Assembly (NCBI GenBank): GCA_905178155.1
Contig: CAJINV010000005.1
Location: 8,686,449-8,750,448, forward strand
DNA: 64,000 bases
Source of the DNA: Amoebophrya sp. A120
Taxonomy: Eukaryota > Protista > Dinoflagellata
Direction: 5' to 3'
Of this stretch, positions 44,572 through 56,288 are shown in pieces. A model generated the notes under the pieces. The model had not been told where the DNA came from. It saw only the letters and a program-made list of their open reading frames with translations, and did no database searches. The number at the start of each line of letters is the position of its first letter. The stretch's first letter is position 1. The translations under genes and the position numbers were made by a program.

Positions 44572-45052
44572 TATAGGAGTGTCAGGATTGAAATCGTCAA
44601 AGTTGAAATAGTTTGTTATGCTAAACCGACCGAAACCACTACACAACCTGTAAGGGCACCGAACCGCACGTGGTTCGGCCACCAGGTCGCGGAGTCAGGC
44701 GGACCGAAGCCATCACCATCATCCCCGGGCACATCCAACTACTTACGCTGCCTTTTCCTTACTTTCGCACACAGTCCTCACTTCGCCAACATGCGTGAAA
44801 TGCAAGGCAGACAGTGCCTGTCTTGCAGAGTAGGCAAGGGAGGCAGATTGTAAGCCTTTTTCGGTGTAGAAGTAGAGCTGCTGAAGTAGCATGACAAAAG
44901 GCGTCTTCCTTACCCAACCAGCATTACAGACTGGATTTCGGCTCTACTCAAATTTGACATGCGCCGCTTAGAAATTGGGCTTCCAACTGGTATCGATTTT
45001 ATGTATTACAAGTTATTCCAACTTTGTCGATTTCAATCCTGACGCTTCCATA
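44572..45052. mobile_element. TIR introner family E with a nested ~170-bp insert
   Basis: Same TIRs as the 16318 copy, perfect DR aggga; extra segment 44622-44790 flanked by atgc. Confidence 0.9.
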
Positions 45053-45405
45053 AGGGAGAAAATAAATCCACTTCCCCTGCTGCTTATCTTCGTCCATTAG
45101 AATCAATTTGACTGTAGTGTGAAATAAGTGAAAAAGAGTTAGATAATTGTGTTTGTGTTTGTGATCATCTATTTGGATTTGTTCACCAGTGTTAATAAAC
45201 TATCACCCAATAATATTCTCAGTGTCGTAGTTCCAGAAGTATCGTCAGATGTGTTGTAGTAGAAGCTGGACAGACCCATCTTGGTTTCTCGTCTCGTGAG
45301 GTCAACTGCCGTGAGAGAGTGACGGTTGTCGTGCATTTGAGCATTACAAAAGTTTTCTCATGCGCACGACTCACAGGTTACTCTCCCCGCTGGTGACGCT
45401 CATCT

Positions 45406-48400
45406 TCACACCAGCGTTTCCACCAGGTCCTTTGCCGCCACAACGCAGCTCAGCTTCAGACTACTCCCTGCTACCATCGAGAGATAATTTCTCGCTTCGT
45501 TTACGTCCTTCATGAAGAGACAGAGGAGGCCGAGACAGTACCTTTGGGTAGAGCATCCGTTTTTGCAGGACAAAAATGATTCAGATACACGTTTTCCTGG
45601 CATGCCAAAAATGATTAGATTCACATACGCGTTTGTAGCATGACAACAAAACCCAAACAATTGAAAAGAACAAAGACTAGGTATTACTGTGCTTCCAATA
45701 TCCCTTTCGCCCACATGGTATGCACTGCAAAAGTATCACACTCGTATAAATGCATTACAAATTTCTTCAGCATGAGAAATAAAATTTGTAATGCGGATTT
45801 TACTTGAGAAAGAAATTTGTAATGCATGATTGCAATACGAGTACGATACTTTTGCACAGGATACATGGCGTCACTTTCCTCCGCCTGCTTCTTTGTCCTG
45901 TAGTCCTCTATGTGCTTCACTATTTCAAACACCTCCTCCGTCTATGCAGTACAAATATATCTGGGTCTGGAAGATTGCCAGGTTTGTCATGCATTTTTGC
46001 ATGACCCATGGTGTCTGTAATGCATCATCTAGCATCACAGATTTGCAGAGATGGGCTTCCTGATGGCTATTTCGCATGAGAAATGCCCTCGTCTCGGCGT
46101 AGCACAAGAAACCGGACTCCTGTTACTGGTCATGCAATACAGATTTTTTTACAATCCAAAGACAGCGTCACAAGTTGCATCCTTCCAGACCCAGACACAT
46201 TTGCATTTGATACTGCTTCTACTGCTGTTATTTGGTCCACCGACGACTCGCCGTTTTCTCCTACTGGTTGACTGGAGCTAGAACTTGCGCCAGCACCACC
46301 ACCGCCACTACTACTACTCGACGTCGGACTAGTTTTTTCGAAATGGCCAATCACGTTGGAGACCACTTTCGAGTAGAACGCCTCGGCCCGATCCTGCTTT
46401 TTCTGATACGACTGAAAAACTCGGCCCATGTGGAAGTAACTTGGCGCTGTCCTGACGTGGTCGGGGCCGTGTTCCTGGCACGAGTAGTAAATGTCCACAG
46501 CGAAGGCTTGGATGGACTCTTGGTACCTGGGATCAAATTTCAAATAGATAAATGCAGAAGTGAACAAATTGCCGCATGGATAGTACAAACGTATGCTTTT
46601 ACAGCATTTGGATTTTCATTTTTGTGTAGTCATTACCGTTCCGATTCTGCATGACAAACACCCACACGTTTTTTTACCTTTGCTGCGCTGCGTAAAGTCG
46701 ACCGAAATTCCTCTGAAGATGTGACATCAACTTTGATTCACCGCCCTCCCTTATCCTGTGCAAAAGTATCGCACTCGTACCGTAGTAATCGCAATCTTGC
46801 ATGACAAATCTCTCTCTCAAGGTAATTCACCATCACAAATTCCATTTGTCATGCTGGGCTCATTTGTATATGCAATTTGTAGAACTTATACGATGCTTTT
46901 GCAATGCGTATCCTTGAGCAAGTTCCAGTTCGCTAGTGAAAGGAACTCCTCTGCTACCTTCAGCTTCCTCAATCCGAGATTGGCTTCCTGTATTATCATA
47001 TTTTGTGATGTATGTTTTTGCATGACAAATTTCGTTTTCGACTTTATTGCGTATAAAATTTTTGTCATGCGCATCTCGCATTAAACGGTGATGCCTAAAC
47101 ATAGATTTCAGCATCACAAACAAACTAATACTGCCAAAAGCAGGTAGCTGGCGACAAGCTCCACGGACTCGGAACCATAAACCTCTATTGCGAACTTATG
47201 CTGCGCAAAAGTATCGCAACACTCGCACTTATTGCAGTCATGCATTACAAATTTTTTTTCTAAGCTAAATCCGCATGACAAATTTCATTTCTCATGCTGA
47301 GGAACTTTGTATATGCATTTATACGAGTACGATACTTTTGCACAGGATAGAACTTCAACCCCTGCAATGCGCCGGGCACCGCCAGGTCGTATTTACCTGA
47401 GGGGTTTTGGGGGTGTTGGGATCTATGCATCGCAAGTCTTCATCAACCTCTACCTCGTTGTGGCATGATAATGATTCTGTTTCTGTCATGCAAGAAAAAC
47501 AATAGGTGCGTCGTCCAGCAAACATCAAAACTTGAGTACTACCTTGCACCAAGAACTTCTGCGCTGTTTCCGTGCAGAGTTCTAGCAGCTCCTTTTTTAC
47601 GGCTTTCAGTTCCTCTGCTTTCTTCTCTCCTTGATCCCCTTTGTCTGCCTTGATGTAGACGAGATCTGATTTGTATGTTGGTCGCTGCGTGGGAAAGTTT
47701 GTAATGCGAAATCCACATTGGAAAATCCATTTGTCATCCTGATGCACCGAGCAAAGTAACTTTGATTTGTACCTTGTGCGATGAGTGATTTTATCCCTCG
47801 CCAGTCGATGTCGAAGTTGGTTATGGAGTTGGAAAATCAAAATTTGGTAAAAGCTTGTTGAGAAATAAAGGATTTCTAATTTTCTGTTGCTATCTGCGCA
47901 ATACACAAACTCCTGTCATCCAAAACCAGCATGACAAACACGATTAAAATTCCACCAGTTCGTCCCTGTCACAAACAACTACAGCAAATTTTCCAATCCC
48001 ATAGGCTCGTAGGAACAGTAATACGCAGGGCACTCCGTTGCCATCAGTTTCCCTGGTTTTCCGCATATTTCGCAGTCGTACTTCGCCTATCAAATGTAAA
48101 AATGTCTGGGTCTGGAAGAGTCACGCTGTTTTTGCATGACACAGAAGGTCTGGCATGGAAGCTCTAGCATCACAGGTTTCGAGAACCTTCCGCAATGCCG
48201 AATCCGCATGACAAGTCCCCTACTTTGCAGACAAAAAGTGGGGGCTTTTGCTACGTATGCATGAGAGACTTTTCTGTGTTCTGAAATACGCATTACAAGT
48301 TGCATTCTTCCAGACCCAGACATTTTTACATTTGATATCGCCCCTTTGGGTCGTGACAGCTGGTTTATTGGCAGCACCAAGTCGCTATCCTGTGCAAAAG

Positions 48401-48589
48401 CATCGTACTCGTATAAATGCATTACAAATTTCCTCAGCATGAGAAATAAAATTTGTATATGCAGTTTTACCTTAAGAGCAAGATTTGTAATGCAAGACTT
48501 GCATTTATACGAGTACGATACTTTTGCACTGGATAATCGCTTCTCGGTACGTACTGCACCGAGTGCTGGCCTTTCGGAGACTGCGACAT
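45406..48589 (-). CDS. ZMYND12: Zinc finger MYND domain-containing protein 12-like (MYND plus TPR; axonemal)
   Basis: Spliced exons: LSRPKGA|KYDCEICGKPG…YYCSYE; TAQKFLVQG|KYDLAVPGALQGLKF|AIEVYGSESVELVASYLLLA; EANLGLRKLKVAEEFLSLANWNLLK; DIYYSCQEHGPDHVRTAPSYFHMGRVF. These match recalled ZMYND12 motifs. Confidence 0.88.
45719..45863. mobile_element. TIR introner family A
   Basis: Family A TIRs, perfect DR catgg. Confidence 0.93.
45943..46212. mobile_element. TIR introner family B
   Basis: Family B TIRs; DR degenerate. Confidence 0.87.
46752..46910. mobile_element. TIR introner family A
   Basis: tatcctgtgcaaaagtatcg...cgatgcttttgcaatgcgta, DR tcc(c/t)t. Confidence 0.85.
47197..47349. mobile_element. 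TIR introner family A
   Basis: Family A TIRs, perfect DR gaact. Confidence 0.92.
47397..47542 (-). other. Canonical GT-AG intron whose splice sites come from a 5-bp AGGTA direct repeat
   Basis: Minus strand caag|gtagt...tcag|gtaaa; splicing gives LVQG|KYD. Confidence 0.75.
48088..48337. mobile_element. TIR introner family B
   Basis: Reverse-orientation close paralogue of the 26245 and 29005 copies, perfect DR tcgcc. Confidence 0.93.
48386..48535. mobile_element. TIR introner family A
   Basis: Family A TIRs, DR (g/a)tcgc. Confidence 0.92.
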
Positions 48590-49073
48590 AATGGCCGGCG
48601 CGAGGGGATGTTGTCTTGCCTCTAGTCCCCGTTAGTATTGCCGTCCTGCGGGACTGATTCTGATTCTCCCCTGCAAAAACGAGGGGTTCGCTTCGACGAG
48701 CTCTGATTCGTTTCGTTTGGTGACTGCTTCCTAGGCGTTCTATTTCCGGCCTGGTTCAAAGAAACGCCGGGAGTGGTCCCGCAAGGTCGTGTGGATCATG
48801 GTCCCGGGGCGTCGTTAAAGGCGGCATAGGAGTGAGACGGGATGAACAGAGTTTTTTTCAACAGAATCAGGTGTATTTTCCCTCGTCGAGTACAGAAGTA
48901 ACACCAGCTCTACTTTTCACTTACCCCAATTTCTTCTCAGATATTTTTTTTCCGAAGTAGGCAGGCCAACGTTGAAGCCGGTTCCCGCACAAACACGAGG
49001 GGTTTCCCGGTCCTATAGATTTTTCGTTTCGCCATGTCAACCTAGAAATTCAATTACAACAACCCATATTGCT

Positions 49074-50155
49074 TTACTATCTCAATTCATGGTCGACACA
49101 CGACTCTGTCGCAAATGATCATCCCGAGGCGTCTCTCCTGCACAGCTCTCATCGCTCTCGCTGGCCCACCCACGTTGGTGGGAATGCGCATTACTCATGC
49201 CGATCTGTACACAGTACACAGATTATGCCTATGACGCGTGGTTGTAGATTCTCTCATGCTCCTACCTACTCAGAAGCGAAAAGCACACCACGAGCAACAC
49301 GCGTGTCTCGTTCCGCAGCCTCCATCGTGGCAAGAAAATTCTACAACTGCCTGCTGTATGAAACAAGGGCCTCGCGCGCGGGGCTTCACAAGAGACAATA
49401 TCTCACCCTCATCTTCGGCAGGCCGTGAGATGTAAGTAGTGGAAGCCTCCAAGGTAACAGGCCGCCCATCCATGCAGACAAGCTGACACGCGGATGCGCT
49501 CGACAGTGCTTATCTGGGAAAGGGCGCCAGGCCACAACCAACGGGACACGGCAACCGGGGCTGGGAGGTCGCGACGACCCACGCCGGCTGCTTCGATTCG
49601 ACACTAAGGGCATTCGCACGGGACGCAGGCTGCGCAGCGAGCCAACCGGGCGAAGAAACGGCGCCGGTGGCTGCCTGGCTGAATTCACTGCGCCGCAACA
49701 GTCCCACCGCGCGGGCAGCCGCCCGCCAATACCTTGGCGGCTGGGCCGGTAGCTAACGAGGTGCCCGCGCGGCGGCCACAACGGGGGGGGGGGCCAAACC
49801 AGCGAGGCAACAGCAGCAGAAGCGAAACCAACGCGCGGAACGCGCAGAGGCCTGCTCTGCGCGTGTCCTGCGGCGCCCGAAAAGGCGGGCCCTGCGTCTG
49901 GTGGCGCCAAGGTATTCGCATTTCGCGCGTGCCAGCCTGATACACATCTCCGCGGGCACTGTTGGAATTGGTGGCGTGGCCGAGCTACTGTCGGAGTTGG
50001 CCCGTCGATTCCATGCGGCCGGCCCGGTGCGCGCCCTACTAAGCTGCCCGCGGCAAAATCGGGCAGCCCAAGCGCCAGCGCTTGTGCCGCTGCCGTCCCT
50101 CCGCCCTCGGCTATCTTAAGGCTGCGCCATGCACGAGAGCAGCGGGCGCAACTAG
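49074..50155 (+). mobile_element. Candidate intergenic Helitron-like element
   Basis: ttactatctc start; imperfect tgcgcc…ggcgca hairpin then a-ctag|t; GC-rich interior. Confidence 0.4.
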
Positions 50156-50496
50156 TGACGAGGAACGCACTGACCAAAATTGGCAGAGACAAAGCCGCTT
50201 CATCAAAGACCGAAAAATTTCTTTTCCTGTTCAAAAATCCTCTCGATCTCACTCAAAATCTCTGTTTTCCCGCTCAAAGTTCCACGAAAACTACATTAAG
50301 CCTCGTAAGCAAAATCCCTCCTCCACAATGTTTTCCTCCGCCAGGAGAAATACTTACTGACGCGCCGCAATGAACAGTGTTCCTCCTCGATTTTCTTCAA
50401 TCTTGATCTTCTGATTTGTAGTTGTTTCACTGCAGCTTCTACTGCCCCTTGTCTGAGGCTGCAATAGAGTCGACAAACCATCAAAACTGATCTTCA

Positions 50497-52020
50497 TCAA
50501 GACAGCTTCAACAGCAACGTTACTATCCCTTGGTCCCTCACACCATAGTCATTCAACAATTTCTCATCCTCCAGCTGCCTTCCCGCGCACAACAACCGCT
50601 GATCACTTTTCGCGATCCTCTCCACCGCTTCAATTCTTTCCTTCAAATTCACAACCGTCGTGGTCGCTGGGTTCAAATTTTCCACGGGAATTTTCTTCCC
50701 GGTGAGCGTCTGGACGACCACGGTGATGGAGCCGGAGAACTGCGGGGATGACGGGTTATGCTTGCTTCCTTTGTTCTTCCCCTTGTTCGTCCCTCCTGGA
50801 GGCGGCGGGGAGTTAATATTTACCGCCGGGTTTGGTGGTGGCACAGCGGTACCGGGAGGGGGGAAGTTCACGGTAGGGGCAGGCTGCGCTGTTGTTGGCC
50901 CGCCAGGCGCAGAGTTTCTGTTTACAGGAACACCAAGTACGATTTGAGAGGAGCTCGGTCCCGCTGCAGGGTCGTGCTGGTCGGCGGATTTGTAGCTCTT
51001 CGTTGGGGGCGGACTGGGATGTTTACGTTTAGATACGTGGTAGAAGGCAATTGATATTGTTCTTCATCACAGGACGACACTGTGGGACTGACGCTAGCAT
51101 GACCATGAAATGAGACTTCAACAAAAAATCGTGTTTGTTCTTGCGGATAGCTATGAGAAGATCAAGATAGGTGAAAGACAAAGATGGATTGCACTTTATG
51201 CATGACAAACAGCCACGTCCTATACCTGTCCACGCTCCCGGTCGAGCTTCTCCTCCCGTGGTTAAATCCTCCTCCCGGATAGGCGTTTTCCCCTCCCCCG
51301 GCCGCCGCCACCCCCGGGTGCCGTATCGGTCGAACTTTGTAGGGCGGTGTTTTCGTGTTGGTTTGCGTGTTCAGGGTGAAATCAATCGTGTAGGTTTGTC
51401 CCCTGGCTCTTATGGCGTTCTCAAACGTTACATTCTCAACTGTTACATGCTTTGTAATGCAAAATGAGCATCAACGTCCACATGGTGAAGCTACTGCGCA
51501 TGACAAATTTTGAAACGGCTAAACACCATGGAAATCTGTGCCGAATTTGTAATGCAAGAGTTGCAAGATCCGGCCTTTCCCTGTTGCCATTCTTGCGTCA
51601 CAAATTCACGCAACAGTTGAGAATGTAACAATTGAGAATCCCATAGCTCTCAGCTCCACCGTCGGTTTCCCGGCATCGTAAGCTTCCTGAATAACCTGGT
51701 GCTCGCGGTCACGGTTTTGAAAGGAAATAAAAACAACGCACGGGGGGGTTTGGAAGTAATTTCAAGACTGTGGCGGCTCAAGAAGCCCGCGCCCTCTGCA
51801 GGTTTTCCGGTGAGCCTTCTGCACAACCCACTACATACATTTCAGCATCGGCGATGGTTGTTGTGTTCTTGCTGATCATTACCTTTTGGTTTCATTCGTG
51901 ACCACCAGCAACGCAACCATCGATCATGCGTAGTTTTTATCAATACCATAATGAGAATTCCTTCCACTGTCCGGCAAGTTTCACCTGCCATCGCCCTCGT
52001 GCACCGCTAGGAGAGGCCAT
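50497..52020 (-). CDS. WWE-domain protein with a Pro-rich linker and a C-terminal ubiquitin-like domain (no diGly)
   Basis: MASPSGARGRWQVKLAGQWKEFS…VIQEAYDAGKPTVELRA|RGQTYTIDFTLNTQTNTKT..KVRPIR (WWE-like); ITVVVQTLTGKKI…QRLLCAGRQLEDEKLLNDYGV…LLLKLS* (UBL). Confidence 0.78.
51411..51645. mobile_element. TIR introner family D
   Basis: Family D TIRs, perfect DR gctct. Confidence 0.92.
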
Positions 52021-53912
52021 GGGTTCGCGAGTGAAAGAAAAACTTCGAGCCGGATAGTGCCTGGACTGTTCTTGCCGCAGTTGTAGCTACGACTGCACTG
52101 GCACTCCGTGGCGCAATTGTTACGTCCTATGCGCGTTTTAGCCGTCGTGCCTCGCCAGGCACGACAATGAACCTCCACTCACCTCTGTGTGATGCGGAAC
52201 AGAACAAGAGCACACGAGGCTGCACACCAAAGAAGAAACGGGGCGGGGACTGGCGACCGGGAGTGATGGATTACGGAAGAGCACGCCCTACATATTGGCG
52301 TTGCGTCGCGGTTTTTTCATTATTTCTTTTGCGGCTTGCCGCGGCGCAACGCGTCCGCGCATGGGCGAGCGCCCGCCCGCGCGCGACGGGCGGCGGCGGC
52401 CTGAGGGCGGCCAAGCGGGCCTGCCTTCTGCCCCCCTATATATGACAATAGACCGGGCCGTCTTCGGGCGCGGCATTCGTCACACACTCGCCGGCCCGCC
52501 GGGGCGCAAGGCGGCCGCGAAAAACCACAGTCAGGGGGCACGCAGTCAGCCGAGCCGGCATAACTAAGTCGCCGGAAGGCTGGCCGGCTAGCGGGAGAGG
52601 GGCGGGGCAAAAGAGCCACGGCCCGGGCGCCACCAAAACGAGGGGGCGCGCGCCCCATACTTAGGGCGCCGCCGCGCGGCCGCGCGCTCGCAAAGGCGCG
52701 CGGCAGTTCGTGCGCGAGGGGGCAAATGGCGCGCGCCGGCCCGCTCTAACTCCAGAATGTACCCCGAGAGGAGCGGCAACAATCTGCATCGACTGCGCTG
52801 GTGGGATCTGGGTTGCCTTCCAGCGTCGTGGCGCAAGTCTTCTGCGCTCAGGAGCACAGCAGTGGGCGCACCACGGGCCCCCTACGAACGCGAGGAACCC
52901 CAAGGCCATGGGAACAGCCAGAGCCGCCCGCCCCCCTTTCGGCCGGCGCAAAGAACCGGGCAAACGGGTGACCGAACGCACAAAACCGCGGCGGCACCCT
53001 GGCAAACCTACACGCCTGCGCGCCGCTGCTCGTCCTGCTGTATAATCATCGTGATCAGATCTCGCCGAAGGCGGTGGCGCAACTCCACAGACCAAAAGAG
53101 GAAACGTCAAACGAACCTCGCCTGCTTCCAAAGAAAGACATAGCCAATATCGCACTCTCCGGAACGCCTCTCACGCTCACTGCCGGGTAGCTGACACGCC
53201 TTTTCTCGGACAACACTCGCCGGGTAGCTGGTCAAGTCCGCACGTAGCGTCTGATTTTGGACTGACAATTAAGAGTAAGAAGGTGATGAGTGTCAGAAAC
53301 GTTCTCTGCTCGTCACGGTCGTAGTATGGAAGCGAGTGAAGCTCCTTGATGTCTTTTACTTTTTCGTCTTCGGTATTCGGAGAATCCGAATGAAGGTTGG
53401 TCGGATCTAGGTTCACGAGTCTGAAAGCTCGAGTACATGTCGCGTTTGGAAAACGCGAGAAATCCAGGAGCAGTCGTCATTGCAGATACAAAGGCAAAAC
53501 CGAATTTTTGGTACATAGAAACTATTAACAGGAGCACAGAGAAATATCACTTTCGATTTTTACAGAATACAGAAACACTTTTGCTTGCTTTGCTCATTTC
53601 AATTTAGTGTAAAACTGGGACTAGAGAGGGACGAAGACGTTGATTGTACAAAAATCCTAGTAGTAGAAGATGACAGGAAACCATCTAAATATATGTAAAA
53701 CAGAAGCCCTGCTTTTTCTCGTTTATCTCCCTCCATTGTAAGCGACAATCACAATTTTAATCATTTTTTCTTCCGTACCAGTACGTAGGTGCATTTAGGT
53801 AAATTGTACACGTGCAAAAAACCTTCGCAGAAACATATTAAGAACTTCTACGGACCCTGATAGCCTCCTCCTTAACCACTCTCAGGAGCTCCACGCCAAC
53901 CCCTCCACTCCT

Positions 53913-56288
53913 CTACAACGAGTCCTCGTCCTCCGCCTTGCACGGCAGCACCCTCCGAATCATCGCCAACAACCCAAATCTTCCAGTAGTCCCCGCGACT
54001 TGTTTGGCGTTATCATCCCCATCACCACCAGACTTTTGTTCCCCGTCGGTAGTAGAAAACACACTCGCATTTTTGCTCCGATCATCATCATTATTTCCCT
54101 TAAGGACTTCCTCTTCCGCAGCCAATTCCTGGCACTTGTTCTCCAAAAACGCCACTAATTCGTCTTTGAACTTCAATTCCTCGCTCTGCATCTTCAATTC
54201 CTCCCGTTGGTAGTTGATGATGTTGTCCTTCTCGAAAATCTCATTCTCTATCAAATGCAAAACAATGTCTGGGTCTGGAAACTTGTGATGCTAGTTGAGA
54301 AAGACGAGGACGCCTCAATTATCTGGCAAGCATGGCAAGTTCTGGAGGCGCTATAGTCTCGGTTTTTCCGCATGACAAAGTGAGCTTCTGCATAACAGAA
54401 AAGTACGGCTACTTTTGGGTAATGTGCATGACAGACTTGAGAGTGATGTCAGACAAGCATGACAAACAAGTTCGATTCTTCCAGACCCAGACATATTTAT
54501 TGCATTTGATATTCTCCAACAGTTCACATTTCTCCTTCCACCGCAGAACTTCGGTCAGGTTGTCTTCAGAGGAGTAGACAGCCGGGTCGCGTGAGTTCTG
54601 CTGCAGCAGTTCTACTTGGGGTCCTTCAGAATCAGATTCATCGTCGTCCTGCGCCTCATCTTTCGACTTCGATTTCGAACAAGAAGTTGTAGTGATGACG
54701 ACCTTGCTCGGGGTAGAACTTATCCACGGGAAATTTCCCGTAGGTACACGTGGAAATGCGGTCTCTGCATGAAAAAACTTGGCTCCGATGCTAGTTTAGC
54801 ATGATAAGTTTTACACTCCCACTCCGAAATGGTGAAATTTGTGATGCATCTTGTACATGTAGGGGAAATTTGTATTGCATAGAACTCAAGGATGAGCTAC
54901 TAGAACTCGCCATCATTGTCCCCGTGCTGCTTTTGGTCCAGATGAATTTCGTTTCGAAGATGTCCACCACCGGCTGCCAGGATTCGAAAGTGTCAATGTC
55001 GACTCCGGTTTAATATCCAAGGAAAAAACATCGCACTCATACTGATTTTTGCAGATATGCATGACAAAGCTGCTTTTCTCGAGGTAAACCAGGATGACAA
55101 ACTCCATTTTCATGCTGTCAACTACGAATTTGTGATGCAATGTGCACTAAATTATTGTAGAGTGCGACACTTTTGCAATGCATACGGTTTCCTCCTCCTC
55201 CGGAATAATTACCGCCAGATTGACCAAGTGATCGTCCTCCAGTGCCGGGGAGACGAACTTGCCGTGAAAGTGGTTCTCCTCCTCCTCCTGTTGGTCTTGG
55301 TCTTGCGGGGGCAGGATGGTGTCCAGCATGGTTTTGTTGTTCTCATCCTCTTGCTCCACCATCGCATGTAACTCTTGCGACATTTGCTCCTTGCCCACAA
55401 TTTCCTTTTCGTCCACCTGCAAATCCGGCTTCTCCACCACGGACAAGTGCTTCGCTTCTCCCCCAGAGAGTTTGTCATGCACGGCGACGAGCCCTGATTC
55501 ACCAGATTCAGCCGCAGCTGCAACTAAAACTAGTCCCGCTTGTTCCGCGGCTTGTTCAGGTTGATTCCCCGGCGATGTTGGGGTTGGCAAACCCGATGAA
55601 CCATTTCCAACAGCAACAGCGGGATCGATCGTCTCGACAGGACTAAAGGGTTGGAAAGACGTCGCCGTCGTGGCCATTTCGACGGGAGAAGATGACTGCG
55701 AGTTCATCTTCGAAGGTACGCTAGAAAAACTGGCCTGCCGTTTCACGTTCGGGTAGAAAACTGTGGCGCCGTCGATAATGACCGGAGAAGTCGTCTTCGG
55801 GGGCTGGAGGTATGATTTAAGGTTGTGTTGATAGATTTTGATTTGTCGGCAGTTGGACATGATTCGAATGTGTCATGCAAGGAAACACAACGCATCCAGT
55901 CTATTTCAGCATATATTGCGGGCACCAAATAAAAAAAAAAGCATTTTCAATTGTCGTCTACGTCTGCTGTAAGTACCAAATCCTTCCCGGCCGGTCCGTA
56001 GAAGTCATCACCTCCACTTTTTCCACCTAAACCCCGCACCCGCTCTCTCGCGGCCTTCGGTTGGACGTCAAGCTGGTAGAAGTTTCGCTCCGCGTCGAAG
56101 CTGAGAACCTTCCCCGTGATCCATTTCTTGTGCGTTTTGCTTTGGTATTCGACGGTAGTGCCGCGGGGGAAGATGGGAGGGCAGTTGCCGTGTGCTACAC
56201 CTGGCACCGCTGGCTTGATGTTGTCATCTTCCTCGTCGACCTTTGTCGGAACGATGACGGGACGGATTGTAGTGCTGGTCACGGGCAT
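53913..56288 (-). CDS. Hypothetical protein with an N-terminal Tudor/SH3-like segment and a C-terminal coiled coil
   Basis: FPRGTTVEYQSKTHKKWITGKVLSFDAERNFYQLDV; acidic linker; last exon coiled coil ending AMIRRVLPCKAEDEDSL*. Confidence 0.6.
54249..54511. mobile_element. TIR introner family B
   Basis: Family B TIRs, perfect DR ttctc. Confidence 0.92.
54721..54881. mobile_element. TIR introner family G
   Basis: Paralogue of the 11949 copy, perfect DR gaact. Confidence 0.92.
55014..55184. mobile_element. Degenerate TIR introner family A
   Basis: tatccaaggaaaaaacatcgcactc...gagtgcgacacttttgcaatgcata; cggtt repeated nearby. Confidence 0.75.

Noticed and set aside
50497-50871. Ubiquitin/NEDD8 modifier gene
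   Set aside because: There is no C-terminal GG, and it is the last exon of a longer WWE protein.
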